From positions 1 through 19,610 of the forward strand of contig JBGFRZ010000027.1 of the NCBI GenBank assembly GCA_041694835.1: a stretch of 19,610 nucleotides of DNA, written 5' to 3'. Of the stretch, positions 1 through 7,050 are shown piece by piece. Position 1 is the stretch's first letter. Every line of letters begins with the position of its first letter. A program made the position numbers and the translations under genes. Below the pieces are notes generated by a model. It ran no database searches. It saw only the letters and a list, made by a program, of their open reading frames with translations, and was not told the origin of the DNA. The stretch comes from Ignavibacteria bacterium (lineage in GTDB: Bacteria > Elusimicrobiota > Endomicrobiia > PHAN01).

Positions 1-2
1 TC

Positions 3-121
3 TATTTGTTTTCGTCAGAAATATTATAGCAATTCCGGAGAGAAAATGCAAATGTTTTATCGTCGGATTTACCGACGAGAATTATTTCAAAAAACTAAAG
101 AGGGTTTTTCAACGCTCTCAT
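3..121 (-). mobile_element. Left copy of a 119-bp inverted repeat; probable terminal segment of an insertion sequence (IS1182/IS5-like end) whose body lies outside the window
   Basis: 3..121 is the reverse complement of 19492..19610 with one mismatch (92 vs 19521). On the - strand the inner end reads GAGAGCGTTGAAAAACCC, resembling GAGnnnGTTGAAAAA-type IS ends. No transposase is in the window, so the IS call is inference. Confidence 0.6.
23..51 (-). promoter_or_regulatory. sigma70-type promoter pointing out of the window (leftward)
   Basis: On the - strand: TTGCAT (51..46), 17-bp spacer, TG-n-TATAAT (28..23). A 7-bp perfect palindrome TCGTCGG-attta-CCGACGA (60..78) lies just upstream of the -35. 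Confidence 0.7.
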
Positions 122-122
122 A

Positions 123-1262
123 ATGCTAAAATTTATATTTTTATCAGTGTTTTTGTCGTCTCATCTCTCGGCGCAACTTCAGCCAAAAATTACGCCGGAT
201 TTGCAGAAAGTCCTGGACTCTTCTCCCCCGGACAGAAAAATCGCCGTTATGGCCGTAATGTCCGCCAGGTGCATATTCCCTCCCTATACCGTTTTTGTTA
301 AAGAGCAGCGCGAACAGATAATCAAAGAAAGAATGACTGCCCTCAGGCAGTTTTCGCGAGACGACCAGACAAGCATTATTAAGTTTATCGTCGAAAACAA
401 CGCCGAAGATATAAGAACAAATTTTGTAAAAAACTATGTTAGTTTTTCAGCCTTTCCATCGGAAATAATCAAGGTGTCGCAGAGAGACGATGTCACTTAC
501 CTTATCCCTCTTGATCAGGCAAAATTTTCGGACGAAGCCGCTTCTGATAGCGATTTGAATATTATCGATTCGACAAAGGATTTCAGGACTAACATAGAGC
601 GTCTTTCGGATGCTAATCCGATAACGAGAAGAAATGCCATAATTTATCTGGGGAGTGAAAAAAATGAGGCGGCTCTTGCGCATATCATAAAGATGCTCTC
701 CGATGAAAACCATCTCGTTCGCAGGACCGCGGTTGAATCGCTCTCGAATTTTCGCGGCACAAAAGGCGTCGTAAAGCCATTGCTCGATCTTTTGAAAATC
801 GAAAAAGACATATCTGTAAAATACGTAACGATAAAAGTTTTGGGCGATATCGGTTCCCCCTCCGCGGTTGAGCCGCTAAAATCCCTTCTCAACGATGCGT
901 ATCCGCTTTTTAGGGGCGAAGCCGTAAAATCTCTGGGGAAGATAAACGACCCAGCCACTTACGGAATTATTGTGAATATGATAAAAGATGAAGCCGAGGG
1001 TGTAAGGATAGATGCCATAGAGGTTTCGTCAAAATTGAAGATTAAAACGGCGATGCCCTTGATTTTGAAAAACTTGGACGACCCCGTCGCTCATGTCAGA
1101 AAAGCTGCCTGCGCTGCCGTCGGACATCTTGGCGGCGCGGATGAGATAAAGATTCTGAGAAAAAAGATAGTCGAAGAACCTGACGAAACAGTGCGGTTGG
1201 TTGCAATGAACTCTATTGAGCTCATAATATCCAGATTGGAAAGTCAGCGGAGAGTCAGATGA
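123..1262 (+). CDS. Exported HEAT-repeat (PBS-lyase-like) protein with an N-terminal domain resembling an S8 peptidase propeptide
   Basis: 379-aa ORF with a signal-peptide-like start (MLKFIFLSVFLSSHLSAQ). About 7 HEAT-like units from about aa 155 (e.g. LSDENHLVRRTAVESL, LNDAYPLFRGEAVKSLGKI, LDDPVAHVRKAACAAVGHL). Confidence 0.85.
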   Translation: MLKFIFLSVFLSSHLSAQLQPKITPDLQKVLDSSPPDRKIAVMAVMSARCIFPPYTVFVKEQREQIIKERMTALRQFSRDDQTSIIKFIVENNAEDIRTNFVKNYVSFSAFPSEIIKVSQRDDVTYLIPLDQAKFSDEAASDSDLNIIDSTKDFRTNIERLSDANPITRRNAIIYLGSEKNEAALAHIIKMLSDENHLVRRTAVESLSNFRGTKGVVKPLLDLLKIEKDISVKYVTIKVLGDIGSPSAVEPLKSLLNDAYPLFRGEAVKSLGKINDPATYGIIVNMIKDEAEGVRIDAIEVSSKLKIKTAMPLILKNLDDPVAHVRKAACAAVGHLGGADEIKILRKKIVEEPDETVRLVAMNSIELIISRLESQRRVR

Positions 1263-1957
1263 AGGGAAAATCAAAATCCCTCCCGAGGGTGACCGTAAAG
1301 TTCTATACCGTTTTAAGGGACAAGCTTGGCACGGGCAACGTAGAACTTACGGGTGCGGATGTCCTTGAGGTTTTAAAAAAACTTTCCTCAAAATACGGTC
1401 CCGATTTCAAAGAAGAAATTTTTGACAAAAACGGCGATGTTCACAATTATTATATACTTCTTCTCAACGATAAAACAGTAGACCAGAAAAATCCACAGAA
1501 GTCCGCTTTGAAAGAAGGCGACGTCCTTCATATATTTCCTCCTATAGCAGGTGGCCAAACGGATATTTCAAAGATTCTCAAAGAATCAAAAACCATAGCC
1601 GTCGTGGGATTATCTCAGAACGAAGAGAGGCCTTCCAATGTTGTCGCGAAATATTTAAAAAACGTTGGCTATAAAATAATACCTGTGAATCCAGGTCGCG
1701 CAAAGATACTCGGTGAAAAGTGTTATGATACACTTTTGGATATATCGGAAAAGATAGATATCGTAAATATATTCAGACGTTCCGAAGATATCCCGCCTCT
1801 CGTCGCCGACGCGATAAAGATAAACGCAAAAGTTATTTGGATGCAGGAAGGTATAATAAACGAAGGCGCCGCGTCAAAAGCGAAAGAACACGGCATAGAA
1901 ATCGTAATGGACAGATGTATTCTCAAGGAGCATAAAAAATTAAGCGGCGACCTATAA
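1259..1957 (+). CDS. Fusion of a MoaD/ThiS (SAMP-like) ubiquitin-fold domain and a YccU-like CoA-binding domain
   Basis: aa 10-99: VTVKFYTVLRD...ILLLND...LKEGDVLHIFPPIAGG, typical MoaD family. aa 100-232: ILKESKTIAVVGLS...RPS...YKIIPVNP...IDIVNIFRRSE...KVIWMQEGI...VMDRCI, typical YccU/CoA_binding_2. ATGA overlap with the upstream gene. Confidence 0.9.
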   Translation: MKGKSKSLPRVTVKFYTVLRDKLGTGNVELTGADVLEVLKKLSSKYGPDFKEEIFDKNGDVHNYYILLLNDKTVDQKNPQKSALKEGDVLHIFPPIAGGQTDISKILKESKTIAVVGLSQNEERPSNVVAKYLKNVGYKIIPVNPGRAKILGEKCYDTLLDISEKIDIVNIFRRSEDIPPLVADAIKINAKVIWMQEGIINEGAASKAKEHGIEIVMDRCILKEHKKLSGDL

Positions 1958-1961
1958 TTAT

Positions 1962-2073
1962 TGCTCTGTCGCAGAAATAATTGAGCATATGTAGTTGATG
2001 GCTGAGCATTATATTCAAAACCGCCCATAAATGGGCGACTACAAAAATGCGCGACTATTTCTGTTACAGAGCA
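1962..2073. repeat. 112-bp MITE-like inverted-repeat element enclosing a REP-like palindrome
   Basis: Left arm TGCTCTGTCGCAGAAATAATTGAGCAT vs reverse-complemented right arm TGCTCTGTAACAGAAATAGTCGCGCAT. Inside is TGTAGT...ACTACA (1990..2043) with hairpin CGCCCAT-aa-ATGGGCG. Confidence 0.75.
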
Positions 2074-2088
2074 CTATTACCAAACATT

Positions 2089-2493
2089 ATGAAAGAGATT
2101 CTTTTGATTCAGGCAATGCTCGCTCCCGCCATAATGATATCCTGCTGCGGGCTTTTGTTTCTCGGACTCCAACACAGGTACGGAAGGATTGTCGACCGAC
2201 TGAGGCAATTCAACAGAGAAAAAACAACTCTCCAGCCGCCTTTGATAAAAAATCTCGAGATTCAAATCAAACAACTTTCATTGAGAGGCAAACTTCAGAG
2301 GAACGCCCTTTCGTGCATTTTATTCGCCGTGTTCTTTTTCGTCATCACCTCGCTGCTGATTGCCGTCGGCGCAAAATATGCGGTGTTTTTCTTCATAGTG
2401 GGGATGTTATCGGTTCTGGTCGGTGTTATTTTTGCGTGGATTGAACTCGTTATATCTTACAGAACAGTTATGACGGAAACTGAGGAAAGATGA
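2089..2493 (+). CDS. DUF2721-family membrane protein
   Basis: LAPAIMISCCGLLFLGLQHRYGRIVDRLR motif, three hydrophobic segments and C-terminal ELVISY. Start placed at ATG 2089 because ATG 2047 lies inside the repeat element. Confidence 0.8.
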   Translation: MKEILLIQAMLAPAIMISCCGLLFLGLQHRYGRIVDRLRQFNREKTTLQPPLIKNLEIQIKQLSLRGKLQRNALSCILFAVFFFVITSLLIAVGAKYAVFFFIVGMLSVLVGVIFAWIELVISYRTVMTETEER

Positions 2494-2511
2494 GATGCTA
2501 TAAAAAACATA

Positions 2512-2785
2512 GAACGCGAATAAACGCAGAAAAAACTCTGATAAACGCAGATTGTTTTATGTAGCGAGCGAATTGCCATTCCCCTTATTTTGCGGGCTCG
2601 CAATCCCCGACCACGACATCGGGGACATGTCCCGCCGCTACAAAGTCATCTCTGTATATCTGCATAAATCTGCGTTCATCTGCGTCCAATTGCTTTTGGT
2701 TTTTTAGGACGCAGATTTTCGCAGATAAGTTTATAGTTGCTTCAATCTGCGTTTATCAGAGTTTTTTCTGCGTTCATCTGCGTCC
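2512..2785. repeat. Nested palindromic element with 32-bp perfect inverted-repeat arms built from ATCTGCGTTY decamers
   Basis: 2523..2554 is the exact reverse complement of 2743..2774, extending imperfectly to 2512/2785. It encloses a TGTAGCG...CGCTACA unit (2560..2642) and an ATCTGCGTCC/GGACGCAGAT hairpin (2678..2716). Confidence 0.85.
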
Positions 2786-2827
2786 AAAAATAAAAAGAAA
2801 CTCAAGTATAAAAAACGGAAATAAATC

Positions 2828-3361
2828 ATGAAAATAGGCGTCATGTCCGACTCGCACGAAAACGTGGCTATGATAAAAAAAGCGGTCGATTTCTTCAACT
2901 CGCGCAATGTAGATTTAGTCATACACGCGGGCGACATAATCTCCCCGATTATGGTCGCGTATTTCAAAAATCTTAATATGGAGTTCAAAGGCATTTTCGG
3001 AAACAACGACGGGGAGAAAAATTTGTGGCAGAATCGTTTAAAGGAGTTCAAAAATTCTGCAAAACTTGACGAGCGATATGCAGAGCACGATTTCGGCGGA
3101 AAAAAATTTCTTGTAATTCATGAGCCGTATCTGATAGACGCTTATATATCCTGTCAAAAATATGATTTCATCATATACGGCCATACCCACAAGATTGATT
3201 TAAGGAAAATAGAAAAAACTATCGTTTTAAATCCCGGAGAACTCTGCGGTTATATATCTGAAAGATCCACGGCAGCGGTTATAGATTTCCCGAAAAAAAC
3301 GGTTGAAATAGTGGATTTGAACACAATGGAAATCGTATCCCAAATTTGTATAGATGTATAA
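2828..3361 (+). CDS. Metallophosphoesterase, YfcE/MJ0936 family
   Basis: Calcineurin-like motifs SDSH, HAGD, GNND, IHEP, GHTH and LNPGE; 177 aa. Confidence 0.93.
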   Translation: MKIGVMSDSHENVAMIKKAVDFFNSRNVDLVIHAGDIISPIMVAYFKNLNMEFKGIFGNNDGEKNLWQNRLKEFKNSAKLDERYAEHDFGGKKFLVIHEPYLIDAYISCQKYDFIIYGHTHKIDLRKIEKTIVLNPGELCGYISERSTAAVIDFPKKTVEIVDLNTMEIVSQICIDV

Positions 3362-3917
3362 ATTTAAGAAAGACGGTAAAATTCTCGCGTTGATTGCTTC
3401 GCCCAGAAAAAATGGAAATTCGGAGATTTTGTTGAAAGAGGCCGTTAAAAAGTTCAAAAAATCCAGCATAAAAATCGTAAGAACGAGTTCATTAAATATA
3501 TCGCACTGTCAGAGTTGCGGCTTCTGCGAAAAAAAGGGTTTCTGTAAAATCAATGACGACTTTCAGAAGATTTCATTATTGCTTGCAAAATCTGACATTG
3601 TTGTTGTTGCGTCTCCGGTTTATTTCTATGGACTCCCTTCGCATTTTAAATCGCTGATTGACCGCGCTCAGTCTTTTTGGGCTAAAAAATACATCCTTAA
3701 AAAAACGGATTCCACCATCCGCCCGGTATATACAATACTTGTCGGTGGTTCCCGTGGTGAAAAGTTGTTTTTGGGGAGCCGATTGACACTGAAGTATTTT
3801 TATGATGTGTTCAATCTTGAAAATTCAGGTGAACTTTTGGTAAGGGGCGCGGATAAAAAAGGGGATGTCAAAAAATGCCCTAACTATATGAGACAGGCGA
3901 GGCGATTAATTCATTGA
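3354..3917 (+). CDS. Flavodoxin-family iron-sulfur flavoprotein (NADPH-dependent FMN reductase fold)
   Basis: ASPRKNGNSEIL FMN-binding loop, CxxCxxC-x5-C (CQSCGFCEKKGFC), and ASPVYF...KSLIDRAQ. Confidence 0.92.
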   Translation: MYKFKKDGKILALIASPRKNGNSEILLKEAVKKFKKSSIKIVRTSSLNISHCQSCGFCEKKGFCKINDDFQKISLLLAKSDIVVVASPVYFYGLPSHFKSLIDRAQSFWAKKYILKKTDSTIRPVYTILVGGSRGEKLFLGSRLTLKYFYDVFNLENSGELLVRGADKKGDVKKCPNYMRQARRLIH

Positions 3918-4351
3918 GCAATAGATTATTAATTTTTGCGGTTCTGTTTTTTGTCGTCAGTTGTGGTGGACAAAAAGTTGCGGAAGTTTATTTGAAAAAT
4001 AATGTTTTTTATGTTGAGATAGCCGATACTCCCGAGTCGCGCGCGAAGGGGCTCATGGGCAGAAAAAATCTTCCCGATGACCGCGGTATGCTTTTTGTGT
4101 TTGAAGAGCCGGGGATTTATTCGTTTTGGATGAAAAACACCCTTGTTCCTCTGGACATCATCTGGCTCAATGAAGATAAAAAGGTCGTCTATATAAGCAA
4201 AAATAACCATCCTCCGAAAAGAGGCGATTTTCCGATAATAAAGCCCAGGGTGACGGCGAAATATGTTTTGGAGATAAGCGGAGGCATGTCCGAGAAGATA
4301 GGCCTTAATGTCGGCGATGTCGCCGCATTTGATTTGCTACAGCGAAATTAA
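3914..4351 (+). CDS. DUF192 domain lipoprotein
   Basis: VEIADTPESRAKGLMGR, GMLFVF, FWMKNTLVPLDIIWL and KYVLEI. Lipobox-like VVSC after a hydrophobic stretch. TTG start overlaps the upstream stop. Confidence 0.9.
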   Translation: MSNRLLIFAVLFFVVSCGGQKVAEVYLKNNVFYVEIADTPESRAKGLMGRKNLPDDRGMLFVFEEPGIYSFWMKNTLVPLDIIWLNEDKKVVYISKNNHPPKRGDFPIIKPRVTAKYVLEISGGMSEKIGLNVGDVAAFDLLQRN

Positions 4352-4357
4352 AGTTCA

Positions 4358-5212
4358 ATGAAAGAAGCTCTTTATTATTCAACGGAAAAGGATTTTATAC
4401 GATGCTGGCTCTGCCCTCATAACTGCAAAATTCCGGAAGATAAAACCGGCATTTGCCGCGCAAGAAAAAATATCAGTGGAAAACTTTATTCACTTACTTA
4501 CAATAATTTTACGGCGATCCATCTTGACCCGGTAGAAAAAAAACCTCTCTACCATTTTGAGCCAGGCAGCATGCTCTTGTCGGTGGGAACATTCGGATGC
4601 AACTTCAGATGTCTTCACTGCCAAAACTGGAGCATCTCGCAGTCATCATACGAGAATTCTGATTTGACGAAATTGACTTCTGCAGACGCACTTAAAAAAG
4701 CCCGCGAACTTGTGTCCGTCGGAATTGCCTACACATATAACGAGCCGTTAATCAATTTTGAGTGGGTTCTTGAGACAAGCAAATTATTTTCTCAAGCGGG
4801 ACTCAAAAATGTTTTGGTTACGAATGGTTATATAAACGAAGAACCATGGCGGGAAATACTTAAATATACAGATGCCGCTAACATTGACTTAAAAGCGTTT
4901 GACGACGATTTTTATAAAAAAATTTGTGGTGGCTCGCTTGAGCCGGTTTTAAGAAATATAAAAATTATGGTAAGAGCGAAAAAACATGTGGAGTTGACTA
5001 ACCTGCTCATTCCCCGTCATAATGATGATATAAAAAAAATCGAAGAAATGGTAAACTGGATAGCGGATTTGAGTTGCGAAATCCCGCTGCACTTTTCGAG
5101 ATATTTTCCGATGCATAAAATGCTCGAGTCGCTCACCCCGCTTGAAACACTCAAAGAAGCGAAAGCCGCGGCACAAAAAAAATTAAAATATGTGTATATT
5201 GGAAATGTGTAA
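4358..5212 (+). CDS. amrS: AmmeMemoRadiSam system radical SAM enzyme (short form)
   Basis: N-terminal CWLCPHNC...GICRAR, DPVEKKPLYHF, radical SAM CxxxCxxC (CNFRCLHC) followed by QNWSISQ, YTYNEP, NIDLK and PLHFSRYFP. Confidence 0.92.
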   Translation: MKEALYYSTEKDFIRCWLCPHNCKIPEDKTGICRARKNISGKLYSLTYNNFTAIHLDPVEKKPLYHFEPGSMLLSVGTFGCNFRCLHCQNWSISQSSYENSDLTKLTSADALKKARELVSVGIAYTYNEPLINFEWVLETSKLFSQAGLKNVLVTNGYINEEPWREILKYTDAANIDLKAFDDDFYKKICGGSLEPVLRNIKIMVRAKKHVELTNLLIPRHNDDIKKIEEMVNWIADLSCEIPLHFSRYFPMHKMLESLTPLETLKEAKAAAQKKLKYVYIGNV

Positions 5213-5221
5213 TGTAGAGAG

Positions 5222-7042
5222 GTGATAAAAATGATTACTAAAAAAAATAAAGCACTGTTTTTGCTCATTCTTTCGATTGTATGGAGTTTTGCAAGCAATT
5301 TATATGCTAAACAATCAGACATAACTACTTATGTTCGTAAAGTGACATCTATTTTGGAAAAGTATATAGAGGGCGATGAACTTTTTCAAAAAGGACATAA
5401 TAACACAAAACCAGTTTATGGGTCATTTGGGATAACAAGTTATGACGTGAGCAAAGATATATATTTTTCCAAAGCGAAGTTTGAAGAACTTGATAGACTC
5501 ATTGCGTCAATTAAACCATTGGGACCTAGAACCAGAAAAATAAATGATTTCATTTCAGTGGCCGTGAACAATTATATTCAAAATATTGAATTACAATTAC
5601 AGGGTTATTTCACGACAAAAAGAAATTATCGCGGCGAATGGGAAGAAGCAAGTGTTAAAAGATTGGTATCTTATGACAATATTTTAGATGCTTATTCAAA
5701 TCTTTATGCGATAATGTTAGCCAACAAAGACAAATTATCGTTTAGTGATTTTCAGAAAATATTCAACCTCAGATGGGTATTTGAATCCATCGAAAGGAGT
5801 TTAATCGGATATCTAAAGAAAGAAAGTAGAATTCCATTTTCGTTGTTGCATGATATACTGGGAACTGAATTTTATTCAAAAATGGTCAAGATGTATCCTA
5901 ATGAACCCGTTGCTCATTATAAACTTGGTCGAGCGGATTTCCGTAATAGAAAAGCACATTTTCTAAGAGCTGTCAAACTTAAATCCGATTATGCAGATGC
6001 TCATTTTGAGTTAGCAGAGATATATTTGAGAAATAAAGAATTTAAAAAAAGTATTTTACATTTTAACACCGCGCTTAAAAATAGAAAAAACCTTGTTGAC
6101 AATAGAATTTCAGAAGTTTATTTTGGGTTGGCTTTGTCGTATAAAGGTGAAAAAAATTATGATAAAGCCAAAAATAATTTAAAAGTGGCAATAGAAAATA
6201 CAGAAAATAAGAATGCCCGACTGGAACGTAAAATGATACTTGGTGAAATATTAGAAAATCAAAAACAATTTGCCGAGGCACTACAAGTTTATGAGTTAGT
6301 CAAAAGGGAACCAGTGGATAAAAATAGAGGGCAGGGAGGGATACTACGGCCTAAAAGAAGTTTTTATTTAGAAGAAGAATACATTGTTTACAAAATAAAT
6401 AGAATGAATGCCGCGATTGTATGGACAGCCAAGCCCATAGATAGCCAAGATGAATTTATCAGAAGAGCAAAAGAAGTGCTCGAAATTTGTCCCACTATGC
6501 CTGAGGTGTATGTACACTTAACGAAATTGTATTTAATGCAAGGAAAACCCGATTATGCTCTCAAAACACTTGAAGACACTTTATTTTATTCTTTGTTGAT
6601 CACTGTTTTGAAAATAGAACAGTTAGGTTTTCCAAAATTGGACATATATACAAAAGAGGTAAGCATAACCACCAATACCTTACCAGGATTGTTTTTGGAT
6701 TCGTTGGAAGATGTTGCTGACGGGAAAATTGAATTAGCCAAGAATAAATTGGCTATGGCAAGAGAATTAAATCCAGATTATTTACCCACAATGCTTCTTA
6801 CGGCATACTTGTATGTACTTGATGGAAAAAAAGAAGAGAGTATTGCGTGGTTCAAAAAAGCTTCAGAAAAATCGGACGACAGGTGGAAAGTATTAATTGA
6901 TTTTGTTATGGATGAACTAAGACGAGAGTTGAAAACTGAAACCAAGAAAACTGAAACCACAAGAGATCCAGAGGAGTTTTTTATATTAGAACCAATCCGG
7001 TGGGCCTGGCACGATAGTAATTTGAAAAAATTTTTAAAATAA
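5222..7042 (+). CDS. Exported tetratricopeptide-repeat protein
   Basis: 606-aa ORF with a signal-peptide-like N-terminus and TPR-like units (YADAHFELAEIYLRNKEFKKSILHFNTAL, SEVYFGLALSYKGEKNYDKAKNNLKVAI, PEVYVHLTKLYLMQGKPDYAL). Visibly AT-rich. Start may be GTG 5222 or ATG 5231. Confidence 0.8.
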   Translation: MIKMITKKNKALFLLILSIVWSFASNLYAKQSDITTYVRKVTSILEKYIEGDELFQKGHNNTKPVYGSFGITSYDVSKDIYFSKAKFEELDRLIASIKPLGPRTRKINDFISVAVNNYIQNIELQLQGYFTTKRNYRGEWEEASVKRLVSYDNILDAYSNLYAIMLANKDKLSFSDFQKIFNLRWVFESIERSLIGYLKKESRIPFSLLHDILGTEFYSKMVKMYPNEPVAHYKLGRADFRNRKAHFLRAVKLKSDYADAHFELAEIYLRNKEFKKSILHFNTALKNRKNLVDNRISEVYFGLALSYKGEKNYDKAKNNLKVAIENTENKNARLERKMILGEILENQKQFAEALQVYELVKREPVDKNRGQGGILRPKRSFYLEEEYIVYKINRMNAAIVWTAKPIDSQDEFIRRAKEVLEICPTMPEVYVHLTKLYLMQGKPDYALKTLEDTLFYSLLITVLKIEQLGFPKLDIYTKEVSITTNTLPGLFLDSLEDVADGKIELAKNKLAMARELNPDYLPTMLLTAYLYVLDGKKEESIAWFKKASEKSDDRWKVLIDFVMDELRRELKTETKKTETTRDPEEFFILEPIRWAWHDSNLKKFLK

Positions 7043-7050
7043 ATTTTGTT

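Noticed and set aside
2512..2785. Possible CRISPR array in the repeat-rich intergenic regions (also 10206..10603)
   Set aside because: The repeats are 9-10-nt units and inverted arms, with no constant repeat separated by unique spacers of regular length, and no cas genes.
2731..3051. - strand ORF ending in DADERRKNSDKRR, and the other antisense or alternate-frame ORFs in the track
   Set aside because: They are shadows of well-supported genes or translations of decamer repeats, with no independent coding evidence.
6932..6961. 15-bp tandem duplication AAAACTGAAACCAAG / AAAACTGAAACCACA (KTETK-KTETT) in the TPR gene
   Set aside because: A single in-frame duplication in a low-complexity linker; no sign of phase variation.
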